Of a stretch of 33,851 bases of DNA, positions 10,442 through 21,198 are shown one piece after another. Both the position numbers and the translations under genes were made by a program. Position 1 is the stretch's first letter. The number at the start of each line of letters is the position of its first letter. A model generated the notes under the pieces. It was not told where the DNA came from. It was given only the letters and a program-made list of their open reading frames with translations, and did no database searches. Source of the stretch: Nemertoderma westbladi (lineage: Eukaryota > Animalia > Xenacoelomorpha); contig JAUCBJ010005594.1 of assembly GCA_032718475.1 (NCBI GenBank), forward strand, positions 1-33,851, given 5' to 3'.

Positions 10442-12280
10442 ATGTATCGCAAACCCAGGCAGTGCTGTAGCCCTGTAGCTACAAGCCTTAAGAATAAACA
10501 AACCGTAGAAACTTCAGAATCAATGCGCGTCCCACTTACTACCCATCTGCGTCAGCAATTTCAGAGAGATTCTGGTGAAACTGGAGATCTTGAAACGTTA
10601 ATAGATGATATAAATGCAAAATGTGAAGGGACTGAGCACCCACTCATCTCAGAAAAGACGGTGGAAGACGTTATCTTACTCCTGGGCAAAGGTAAATCAC
10701 CGGATAAACGTACCCTGACAGTCGAACACTTGATCTACACAGATAAGGATACAGTATGCAAACACTTAGCCAGACTTTACAATGAATCCATTCGCCTAGG
10801 CATAGTACCAACTTTCTTTGGGGAGACAGTTGTAAAATGCCTATACAAAGGCAAAGGCAAAGATTCTATGAACCCATCATCTTACCGTCCCATCGCATCC
10901 ATTTGTTTATTTGCAAAAGTTCTGGAAGGTATCGTAGCAAAGGAATATTTCTTGGAGATTATACCTGATGGAATGCAATTTGCCTACCAAAAACGTATCG
11001 GTTCCGATGTTATACTCAGCGCTATTCTAGAACATATAGAATTTTATCGCAGTAGAGGCTCCGGGGTTTACGTCTGCCAAATGGATATAGCAGCAGCATT
11101 CGACTCTGTTAATCACTATCTTCTATTTAAAAAATTATCAGAACATATTAATCCCTATATATGTCGACTGCTGGTAGTTTATTACAAAGCAAGTATGGTG
11201 TTTATCAACATCAATGGCATGGTGGACACAAATGGATTTGCAATGCATAATGGTGTTAAACAGGGATCTATAATATCGCCCGTATTATTCAATTTCTACA
11301 CCAATGGTATTCTTACACAACTTCATGATGGTGGGCCAGACAGTAAAGGGTTTCGTATTTTCCATCTAATTATGGGTACACTTTCTTATGCGGATGACAT
11401 ACTGTTAATGGGAACGTCCAGCAATGAAATTGAGCAAATGGCTAGTCATATACAAACTGAACTCACGAATCTCAACCTTGCATTAGAGACATCTAAAGTA
11501 AACTGGATTTTCAAGGAATCTCACACCAACCGGAAAAACGACAGTCCACCGCTCATGATTTCTATAAATGGATATCTTCATGCCACATCTCCATCCCTCA
11601 CATTCCTTGGGGTCACTATTCGTGGGATTAAACAGGATCACAATAACATTCATGTATCTGACATAATACAATCAATAGCTGCGCTTGCAGACACATTCCA
11701 TAGGAATGGATGGACAACGAAGCACTACCCTGTACGGATTGTGGCTCTGTTATGGCGGTCTGTTGGATTGTCGTCCCTATTGTACAGACTGAAATTCCGC
11801 ATTGGCGAACTATCCAAGAAAGATACTGATATGGTGGAAATTTATTATAGGAAACATCTGCGAGGAATTCTTCACGTTGGATGTTATGTATCAAATGACA
11901 CCTTAAATCACCTCTTTGGGACCGGAACACTCTCGCTAGAGGCGTATAAGTCATGTCTGGGGACGGTGCTTCGGTCTCTCAACTGTCCCAACAAGAATCT
12001 TCAGGAATCACTTCGCATCACGTTACAATCGAACCAACGTTCATATTATCAAGGATTAGGAAGCGTGTACAGTAAAGCTGTCGCTAATTATGGTCTACCC
12101 ACGATTGGGTCACTCTGTAACTACAAATACAATACAAATAACCTATTCGCCAGACTATCTGAGCCAGCCACCTCACTACGCCACCTAGAGGAAGGACAGT
12201 ACATACGACAATGTTACGAACTGCCAGGGCTCACTTTTAGAGCCAAGCACAAACGCATAACAGATTTTTACAATATTTGA
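10442..12280 (+). CDS. Non-LTR retrotransposon reverse transcriptase (612-aa uninterrupted ORF, no endonuclease visible); element ends in (TAA)n at ~12554
   Basis: GKSPD, YKGKGK...SYRPIA, QFAYQK, MDIAAAFDSVNH, GVKQGSIISPVLFNFY, YADDILL, FLGV. 3' UTR followed by AATAATAAT tail. The true 5' boundary is probably near 10500. Confidence 0.92.
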   Translation: MYRKPRQCCSPVATSLKNKQTVETSESMRVPLTTHLRQQFQRDSGETGDLETLIDDINAKCEGTEHPLISEKTVEDVILLLGKGKSPDKRTLTVEHLIYTDKDTVCKHLARLYNESIRLGIVPTFFGETVVKCLYKGKGKDSMNPSSYRPIASICLFAKVLEGIVAKEYFLEIIPDGMQFAYQKRIGSDVILSAILEHIEFYRSRGSGVYVCQMDIAAAFDSVNHYLLFKKLSEHINPYICRLLVVYYKASMVFININGMVDTNGFAMHNGVKQGSIISPVLFNFYTNGILTQLHDGGPDSKGFRIFHLIMGTLSYADDILLMGTSSNEIEQMASHIQTELTNLNLALETSKVNWIFKESHTNRKNDSPPLMISINGYLHATSPSLTFLGVTIRGIKQDHNNIHVSDIIQSIAALADTFHRNGWTTKHYPVRIVALLWRSVGLSSLLYRLKFRIGELSKKDTDMVEIYYRKHLRGILHVGCYVSNDTLNHLFGTGTLSLEAYKSCLGTVLRSLNCPNKNLQESLRITLQSNQRSYYQGLGSVYSKAVANYGLPTIGSLCNYKYNTNNLFARLSEPATSLRHLEEGQYIRQCYELPGLTFRAKHKRITDFYNI

Positions 12281-13126
12281 GTTCGATAAACGGACTAATT
12301 GCGTATAATTTAGTTCATATCGTCGATATAATTTTAATTAGATCTCAGAAAACTAATGTTTTTTTTACTTTATTGTGACTCACAGTTTTTACGCGTCCTA
12401 GAAGTATATTCTGCTATCTTGAAATCACATCATATCTCTATGCAAATAACGTGACTATTTGACCTTAACTGTAAAGGGTATTTTAATGTGTATTTTTAAT
12501 GTGTATCTTTCAATATGTCAATTTTATTTGATTAAATAATAATAATAATAATAACAGTGAGGCAGATAGGATGAACGACGATGAAGGTCACATCTGCACC
12601 TTGTTGCTATGGAGACGTGTACCATGGCAGCGCAGCTTAAATTTGTAAACTACTTGTAATCAAGTTGAACGGGCATTCCTTGGCTTAACGAGCCTACAAG
12701 ATTCTCCCATTCACAATTAGGATTTTTCTTTATGGCGAGTTGCAATAACAGAAAAGTCATTATCCCGGTTGCCATGAAAAAGTGACCTCAAGCAATTGCA
12801 AGGGAAAGATGGGGGGGGGGGGGGGGGGGGGCGACTTCCGATGCAATGAAAATTCATCTCTCGCCAGGGGACAATCGACGCAAAAAACAGCAGATATTAC
12901 TCGGGGTTGAACTAAAGTGTGCATACGTTCGTGTGCATACCCTAGTTATCCATTTGCCTATCGTATTTAGATCAATAGTATTTACAGTAAGTCAATCGTA
13001 TATATCTATATCTGTTATAACTCACCAGCTTTGCACGTCCTATAACTTGGTTATGACTGGTTTACGTTAACCTTAATTAATCATTACTGTAGAATGCCCT
13101 TAATTACTCGCTGCACATATTACATT

Positions 13127-13513
13127 ACACGAAGTGGGGACTTCGCGCAGCACGAAGTTGGCAGAGCCTTAGCGAATTGACACTGTTAGGGGGTAGGTCA
13201 ATTTATGCAAATAGTCACGTTGGCCCTCTAGCGGCAGACTGGAGAACTGCAGATGGATTCGCATCCTTTGAAAGTCACAGCTAATGGTCTAATACATATC
13301 TGCCAAGTTTCAGCTTAAACGGATTAAAAGCAAAGAAATGGGAGGGCATTTAATGTTTAGACATGTGGCCCTCTAGCGGGAGACCATTGCACTGATGGTG
13401 TCTGAAAGTCTCTCAAAAATCTCAACTTTTGCTCATATTGATACCTACAAATTTTCAACTTGGCAGCTTTAAATCCGACAAAGTTATTAGCATGTCAAAA
13501 TCGTAACGACGAC

Positions 13514-13555
<42 letters not shown>

Positions 13556-13654
13556 AACGACGACGACGACGACGACAACTATTTGCATAAATTGACCCAC
13601 CCCCTAACAGTGTCAATTCGCTAAGGCTCCGCCAACTTCGTGGCTCGCCCCACA
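13127..13654. mobile_element. Non-autonomous element with subterminal inverted repeats and (GAC)n microsatellite (Helentron/HINE-like)
   Basis: ~65-bp IR 13151-13215 / 13578-13642, hairpin CTTCG-CGCAGCA-CGAAG, (GAC)n at ~13506-13577. Same termini as 17740-18083. Confidence 0.7.
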
Positions 13655-14129
13655 ATGTGAGTGGACTTTATTGTATCTTATTAAATAAGATACAAATTTT
13701 GTTCAGTGGTGTGGCGGAGCAAATCTTTTACTTGAACGTTGAAGAAGGTGGGGTGGGGGGGGGGGGGGGGGGGTGTGGGCTATAAGTACAGTACAGTACA
13801 GTGTAGTGATTGCGTTTGCGATCCCTTTCCTTGCTACAATTACATAATTGATAATTTTATTGTTGCATTAAATGTTATTGCACCATTTTCACTGCAATGT
13901 GTTTCTCGTCATTAATTCCACATCAACCATCTACATTCTCAATACTGTACCTACACTATGTATAGTAACTTGGTTTCGTACACACGCCATTCAGCCATTT
14001 GTCGACTGTAGTCCGACTCTGCGGGACTGAGTGATAAAAGATCATGAATATATCATATCTTATAAGCTGTGTTGTGGGAGTTGCGAAATTTTTACAAAAA
14101 CACAGATTAATCGAGTGTATCCAATCATC

Positions 14130-14563
14130 TTGTTCTTTCGAGCCACAATGTACAGCGTACTTTTATACGGGGTTGAGACCTGGACACTGACAAAATAACT
14201 TGAACAACGAATTTATGGTTGCTACACAAGACTACTAAGGGCAGCCCTAAACATCAGCCGTAGACAACACATGTCAAATACCGAGCTTTATGGTACAATA
14301 CCACCTGTATCAACCACCCTCCGTGAACGAAGATTAAGATTCAGTGGGCACTGCTGGCGAAGTAAAGACGGTCATACCAGATCTACTTTTCTGGCAACTC
14401 GTGGAAAGTGTAGTCGTGGACGACCGGCCGTAACATAGGCAAATATACTGTAGATCAACTTGAAAGGGATACCGAACTTTGGAGAAACGAAATTGCGACA
14501 ACTATGGAGAATCGGGAAACCTGGAAGAATCTCATTTCCACTGTCCGAGTTCGCTCTGCCTAG
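14130..14563 (+). mobile_element. Decayed RTE-clade LINE 3' fragment (second family)
   Basis: Translates with stops to FFRATMYSVLLYGVETWTLT*...GCYTRLLRAALNIS...HMSNTELYG...RERRLRFSGHCWR...SRGRP...MENRETWK. Confidence 0.85.
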
Positions 14564-14684
14564 TTGTAGTTTAACCAGTGCCCTTTAATTAATTTTGAAA
14601 AAAAATCGATTTTTCAATTACAATGCCCTCTAGTGCAGATTTTTATGAGGATTTCAAAATCAAACCGTTTGTTAATAGCTAATT

Positions 14685-15220
14685 AATTATTATTATTAAT
14701 ATTTTTATAACAACATGGGCACAAAGCGCTATAGTTGAAAATTGCCCGGTTCAGATTGTGCACAGAATACTTAACATAATAATGAACATACAGTAGGTTA
14801 TAATGTATGCATAGGTGTACCGAAAAAAGAAACCGTGAAAACCCAATCAATTTAAATTTATAACTAATATTATTATACAATACCAGACTTTTATAATAAC
14901 ACATAATATCTACTAGGCTTACATTAATAATTATCGAATTAATAAATGAAAACTGCGGTAGTAGCTCTAATTTATATAATACTTTCAAGGTAGGAATTCA
15001 GACCGACGTTTAAATGCCTTTAAAACATATATGCTTAATTGTTTTGTTTTGTTCTGAGATGGTAAAGCTAATAACTCAAATAATTTACCAATTGTAGGTA
15101 ATCTTATGTATTTAGCGGGAAGAAATTTCTCCCGCAGGGATTTATAAAGCGGACACTTCAACACGAAATGGTATTCGTCCTCAACCTCCCCCAGATCGCA
15201 AAGTTGGCACAATCTTGCTA
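14685..15220 (-). mobile_element. 3' end of a CR1/L2-group-type LINE (C-terminal CCHC zinc finger, 3' UTR, (TAA)n tail)
   Basis: RLCQLCDLGEVEDEYHFVLKCPLYKSLR motif in ORF 14985-15212; TAA repeats at ~14686-14700 on the minus strand. Confidence 0.75.
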
Positions 15221-15278
15221 ATGTAGTTCAAACGTTATGATTGATAATGTCAACCTTACTCTGTGAAGTGTCTGAAAA

Positions 15279-15870
15279 GTGTCTGTCTGGGATTATGTTT
15301 CTGACAGTTTGCCTGTCAAAATATTCATCTTAGCTAAATGTTTTGTAATGGTGGTTTTCATGGTCGCTGATATCATTCCAAACGTCAGTTTTCACTTTTA
15401 TCGAAAACTATTTTGTCTTTATGTCAGTCTGTCTATCTGTCCGACAATCTGTCTGTCAAAAATATAAGACATCATACCATCAATCTAAAACTGTTATGTT
15501 GTGGTTTTCCTGGTCGCTGATTTCAATTCTGATGTCAGTTTTCATATTTAGAGAAGTATATTATGTCTGTCTGTCGGTCTGTCTGTATGTCCGTCTGTCT
15601 GTATGTCCGTCTGTCTGTATGTCCGTCTGTCTGTCAAAATTTAGGAAAGCATTCCACCAACCTAAAAGTTCTGTTTTGGTGGTTATACTTGCTACTGATT
15701 TCACTTTTAACCAATCCTACTATGTCTGAATGTCTGTCCATCGGTTTTTCTGTCTGTCGAGCGATCTGTCTGTCAAAGTAATAGGAAAGCATACCAACTA
15801 GCTAAAAATTTTGTTATGGGGGTTTTTATGGTTGGTGATTTCATTTCCGATGTCAGTTTTCATGTATTAC
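15279..15870. repeat. About four diverged tandem units of ~140-180 bp with (TGTC)n tracts, HINE-type internal array
   Basis: Recurring GTGGTTTTC..GGTCGCTGAT.TCA.T...GTCAGTTTTCA near 15351, 15501, 15679 and 15819, each accompanied by TGTCTGTC runs. Confidence 0.7.
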
Positions 15871-16224
15871 GTCATCATCGTACCACAGCTTTGAACTGAT
15901 TAAAGATTAAAACAAAAACTCCTACATCACACCAAAGTCTTGCCTCTCCACTTAATCCAGGCTGGTCTCTGACTATGGGTTCCGACTGTCACGTTTCGTG
16001 GCCCAAATGCTAGAGAGGCCAGGACCAGGCCAGGCCAAGAACATCCCCAACAAGTTCATTGTATGTCTTTGGATTAAGAGGCCTTTTTTAAATTCAAATT
16101 CCTCCAAATTCAATTGTTATTAAGCAAATTTCACAACATTTAAATAATTTGAATTTTAATTGTATATCAAATAGGCATTAATCCAATTACAATTGCCAAT
16201 TAGCAACAATCAGACAATTAGGCA

Positions 16225-16478
16225 AACCATAAACCATAAAACCACCATAAAACCAGAAACCATAAAACCACCATAAAACCAGAAACCATAAAACCTAACA
16301 TTAACGATATAGACAGTACAAATAAAACAAATAAACAATAAACAAAACAAGCATACAAAAGGCACTAAACAATTCAAGATTACAAAACTCGATAAACAAT
16401 AATTACAGATTTAAAGAGTAACAAAAAACTAAAAACCTAATTTTTGTTTTGAAAAACCTAATGTTTTTGCCAGCCCTG
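16225..16478. repeat. Short AAACCATA tandem repeats and an orphan hAT-like terminus
   Basis: (AAACCATAAAACCACCATAAAACCAG)x2 at ~16231-16295; AAAAACCTAA repeats ending GTTTTTGCCAGCCCTG at 16478. Partner end not found. Confidence 0.45.
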
Positions 16479-17739
16479 GTTAGGCCTAAATTCCGATTGC
16501 AGGACAGTCAGATAGTGGATATCATTGCCTTAGGCCTATCTATTGCAGTATTGTAAACCTCCTGCTGTCGCTGTCGCTGTCGCTGTCCTTGCAGTCCTCT
16601 GGCATCTGGTCCTGCAGTCCTGGCCTCGCATACCGGACCGGTCAGCCGGCTGATGTCAATAGGCAATATGGACATCAGCTGCCGATATGTGGATAGTTTT
16701 GGAAGTTCTCACCAGGAAACTCAACCCATGCAACCCTGTCAACGTTAGTATTACCGATACTGCCAGACTGCTGTTGTCAGTAGGGAACATACCCTTAGCT
16801 GCTTAGATAAGCTCCAAAAGTGGGTTCTTATTTAAGGAAAATGGCTCTTATTTAGGGGTTTTTGGGCCTTTTTTGGATATTTTTTTGATATAATATGGAA
16901 TAACTTGTTTCAGGAAAAAATACCGCATAATTTTATTTCACAATGTAAAAGTTGGGTCTTTCTTGAACATAAAGCAAAAAACCAGAAAACATTTCACCGT
17001 CCCGTTTTTTTTCTACAAGCATTTTAAAATTGCATCAAAAATACGACTAGTTCCTAAATAAGGGGGATTTTTTAAATTTACCTTATTTAAGATATCGAAA
17101 TTGTACACATAAATACTAAAAGTCCCTAAATAAGAACTTTTTGACCGGGGTTTCTTATTTAGGAATACAATTATATTCCAAAATCTGCACATTCCTTAAA
17201 TAAAATAAATATTCCTTATTCCTTACAGTATGTGTTACACTTCTTTCATAATTCTTTGATTTATGTCAGTCTGTATATTGCTAATTGTTGGGATAAGGAT
17301 AAGGACAATGGTTGCACTGCACTCTATAAATCCTCTATAGAATATCGTATCATAATGAAGTTGCTAGCACTGGCATTCTTACCTCAAACGGTAGCATAGA
17401 ATAGCCCATTGATATTCAAAAGAATAGCCCATCGCCCATCTGAGCGCACATACATTGTCACGTATTTCGATGAAACACGACTCAAGTAACTGGACATCGC
17501 CGCACAGTTTCGAAAAACTAACTTGTGTCCTGCATTTCCTCTTCTGCTCCGTGTGACGCCCCACTTAGATGGATTGTCCACAATGTTGTACTTGAAAGGT
17601 GTGAAAAAAGTGAAAAACCAATGTCAATGTCATGTCAATAGGCACAACGATGGTTCGGTTGAGCAGCTGATAGACGTTATGAAGGTTAAAGATGATGACT
17701 GGATGACGTTTTGGCTCAACTGGCTCAGGCAGGAGTGGG

Positions 17740-18083
17740 ACACGTTCGTGGGACCTTTGCGCAGCATGAAGTGAGCAAAGCCTTAGCTAGCCCTAGCTGA
17801 TAGGGGCCCCACCCCATTCAGCCATTAGGCTAACATTACCCTAACATGTTGTCTTTCGTTAGTCAGAGGTCTTCAACACAATACTCGTCTCCTTAATTTG
17901 CCTCATTGCGTTCGTTTGTTTTTTACCAAACTTCAGATTATTTCTAACATACTAAGTTTCGTTTAATTTCATCAAGGAATGACCGAGTTATTAGCGATAA
18001 AAAATTTACAACGACGACAGACAACTCGTTAATAGCACCCATATGCTAAGGCTTCACTCACTTGAACATGGCTCTCCCCCACA
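17740..18083. mobile_element. Relative of the 13127-13654 HINE-like element with a different interior
   Basis: ACACG..GTGGGACCTTTGCGCAGCATGAAGTGAGCAAAGCCTTAGC ... GCTAAGGCTTCACTCACTT...GGCTCTCCCCCACA, with a short ACGACGACAGAC tract. Confidence 0.65.
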
Positions 18084-18099
18084 TTCAATCCGGTTCGAC

Positions 18100-19990
18100 G
18101 CAGTTTGTTGCTCGTTGTTGCTCATTGCTGCTCGTTGTGCTTTATTATTTCTCATTGTTGGTCATTTTTGCTCATTGTTGGTCATTGTTGCTCGTTGTTG
18201 GTCATTGTTGCTTGTTGGTGCTCATTGTTGCTCGTTAGTTGTACTTTATTTTTGCTCGTTGTTGCTCGTTGTACTCTATTATTGCTCGTTGTTGCTCATT
18301 ATTGCTCATTGTTACTCATTGTTGCTCGTTGTTGTACTTTATTATTGGTCATTCAATCGTTGTTCCTCATTGTTGCTCGTTGTTTCTCGTTGTTGTACTT
18401 TATTATTGCTCGTTGTTGCTCAATATTACTCGTTGTTGCTCGTTCAGTCGTTGTTGCTCATTATTGCTCGTTGTTGTTCTTTATTATTGCTCAGTGTTTC
18501 TCATTGTTGCTCGTTGTTGCTCAATGTTACTCGTTGTTAGTCATTGTCATTGTTGCTCATTGTTACTCGTTGTTCCTCATGTCCTAATTATTGGTCGTTG
18601 TTTCTAGGTGTTGTACTTTATTATTGCTCATTGTTGCTCGTTGTTTCTCGTTGTTGTACTTTATTATTGCTCATTGTTGCTCGTTGTTTCTCAATGTTGC
18701 TCGTTGTTGTACTTTATTATTGCTCATTGTTGCTCGTTGTTTCTCAATGTGGCTCGTTGTTGTACTTTATTATTGCTCATTGTTGCTCATTGTTTCTCAA
18801 TGTTGCTCGTTGTTGTACTTTATTATTGCTCGTTCAGTCGATGTTCCTCATTGTTATTGGTTGCTCGTTGGTGCTCATTATTACTCATTGTTACTCGTTG
18901 TTGCTCATTGTTGCTCGTTGTTGTACTTTATTATTGCTCGTTCAGTCGTTGTTCCTCATTGTTGCTCGCTGTTTCTCGTTGTTGCTCATTGTTGCTCGTT
19001 GTTGTACTTTATTATTGCTCATTGTTGCTCGTTGTTTCTCGTTGTTGTACTTTATTATTGCTCATTGTGATTGTTGCTCGTTGTTTCTCAATGTTGCTCG
19101 TTGTTGTACTTTATTATTGCTCGTTCAGTCGATGTTCCTCATTGTAGCTCGCTGTTTCTCGTTGTTGCTCATTGTTGCTCATTATTACTCATTGTTACTT
19201 GTTGTTGCTCATTGTTGCTCGTTGTTGTACTTTATTATTGCTCGTTCAGTCGTTGTTCCTCATTGTTTCTCGTTGTTGCTCATTGTTGCTCGTTGTTGTA
19301 CTTTATTATTGCTCATTTTTGCTCGTTGTTTCTCATTGTTGCTTAATGTTACTCGTCGTAGTCGTAGTTGCTCGCTGTTTCTCGTTGTTGCTCATTGTTG
19401 CTCGTTGTTGTACTTTATTATTGCTCATTGTTGCTCGTTGTTTCTCGTTGTTGTACTTTATTATTGCTCATTGTGATTGTTGCTCGTTGTTTCTCAATGT
19501 TGCTCGTTGTTGTACTTTATTATTGCTCGTTCAGTCGATGTTCCTCATTGTTGCTCGCTGTTTCTCGTTGTTGCTCATTGTTGCTCATTATTACTCATTG
19601 TTACTTGTTGTTGCTCATTGTTGCTCGTTGTTGTACTTTATTATTGCTCGTTCAGTCGTTGTTCCTCATTGTTGCTCGCTGTTTCTCGTTGTTGCTCATT
19701 GTTGCTCGTTGTTGTACTTTATTATTGCTCATTTTTGCTCGTTGTTTCTCATTGTTGCTCAATGTTACTCGTCGTAGTCGTAGTTGCTCATTGTTACTCG
19801 TTGTTGCTCATTGTTGCTCGTTCAGTCGTTGTTTCTCATTATTGCTCGTTGTTGTACTTTATTATTGCGCAATGTTACTCGTTGTTGCTAATTGTTGCTC
19901 GTTGTTACTCGTTGTTGCTCGTTGTTTTGTTACTCATTGTTCATTTGTTGCTCGTTGTTGCTTATTGTTGGTCATTGTTGCTCGTTGTGC
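18100..19990. repeat. 1.9-kb minisatellite, 10-bp unit GCTC(A/G)TTGTT with higher-order structure
   Basis: Direct inspection. Interspersed GTACTTTATTATT variant. Markers TGTGA at 19066/19472 and ACTCGTCGTAGTCGTAG at 19351/19767 give a ~406-416-bp higher-order duplication. Confidence 0.95.
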
Positions 19991-20190
19991 ATATTTGCAC
20001 CTATCCAATTAAGCTCAGAAGCTCCCTTATCTCTGCATCTTACAATGTCCTGTCAAGGTTAGGCGGGTAGGAGGTCATAACTCAGTAACTGTCATAAGCA
20101 GATAAGGGCAGAAGGAGGACGGGGCTGGGAGACGAGGTTATAAGAGACATAATATAAGGATATTTAATTTAATTTATTTAATTTAATATA

Positions 20191-20415
20191 TGAGAAATGA
20201 GGCCAGTATTGGTTGACAGAAGGAGATACGCAAGGTTGCGATTGCGCCTCATAATAGCCTCTCGTCAACAAGTCAACCCCATCGACTAGCGGCACTGGCT
20301 GTTTCAGCTGACGAGGCTCTGTCGAAAAACGCGTCCCTGATGCAGTAAGGGCCCTCTTTTGAGGAGCAATATTATTATTGTCGCGGAACTGCTTCTACTC
20401 TCTGTGAGAAATGAG
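20191..20415 (+). mobile_element. ~220-bp insert with a degenerate minimal type I hammerhead-ribozyme-like motif (Penelope pLTR or retrozyme-like)
   Basis: Direct repeat TGAGAAATGAG at 20191-20201 and 20405-20415. Core CTGACGA-GGC TCT GTC-GAAA-AACGCG-TC at 20308-20335, with stem I GCTGT-T-TCAG / CTGA-T-GCAGT. Confidence 0.5.
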
Positions 20416-20850
20416 AAATATTTAATTTATTTAAGGAGTATGCAGATTTTGGAATGAAATTGTATACCTAAATAAGAAACCCATGTCAAAAAGTACTTAT
20501 TTAAGGACTTTTAGTATTTGTGTACAATTTCGATGTCTTAAATAAGGTAAATTTAAAAAATCCCTCTTATTTAGGAACTGGTCGTATTTTTGATGAAATT
20601 TTAAAACGCTTGTAGAAAAAAAACCGGACGGTGAAATGTTTTCTGGTTTTTTGCATTATGTTCAAGAAAGAACCAACTTTTATATTGTGAAATAAAATTA
20701 TGCGGTATTTTTTACTGAAACAAGTTCTTGCATATTATGTCGAAAAAATATCCAAAAAAGGCCCAAAAACCCCTAAATAAGAGCCATTTTCCTTAAATAA
20801 GAACCCACTTTTGGAGCTTATTTAAGGGTATGTTCCCTACTGGTTGTAGG

Positions 20851-20940
20851 TAGGGCTCGATCGGACTTCCGGCTCCGGCCGGAGTTTCTTACATCCGGCT
20901 CCGAACCGGAGCGAGTTAGAAAAATCACCGGAGCCGGAGT
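20851..20940 (+). mobile_element. Orphan hAT-like left terminus with CCGGAGC/GCTCCGG subterminal repeats
   Basis: Starts TAGGGCTCGATCGG, followed by multiple CCGGCTCC/CCGGAGC motifs. Partner end not found in the window. Confidence 0.45.
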
Positions 20941-21198
20941 TTTTTTAATAATGTATGTTTTATATTAATGTTACTACATAATATATAGGCTAGTATAGGC
21001 AGATAGGCATATACAATCCCAAATCCACAATCTGACAATGGAATACCAGTAATGGATTTCAAAAGGTACAATAAGCTTATCAGTTTATGCTTCCTTTACC
21101 TTAATATTAAAATTAACAAACATTAAACAAAAGTTGAATTTTAAACCCTACTCCAAAAGTTGAATTTTAATAAGAAGTTGAATTTTAATAAAAAGTTG

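Larger units (their letters stand above)
16778..20842. mobile_element. 4.1-kb non-autonomous DNA transposon with ~430-bp TIRs and a 5-bp TSD (Transib-like by TSD length, tentative)
   Basis: CAGTAGGGAACATACCCTTA (16778) / TAAGGGTATGTTCCCTACTG (ends 20842); arms ~16778-17213 and ~20417-20842. TSD GTTGT at 16773-16777 and 20843-20847. Confidence 0.85.

Noticed and set aside
13455-13655. Arg-rich protamine-like ORF
   Set aside because: Translation of the (GAC)n microsatellite.
15279-15781. ORFs with SVCLSV repeats
   Set aside because: Translation of (TGTC)n tracts.
18100-19990. CRISPR-like array
   Set aside because: No constant repeat with unique spacers, no cas genes, and eukaryotic context.
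18043-20070. Nine overlapping Leu/Val/Cys-rich 'membrane protein' ORFs
   Set aside because: Artefact of a stop-free 10-bp satellite; all three frames give the same permuted peptide.
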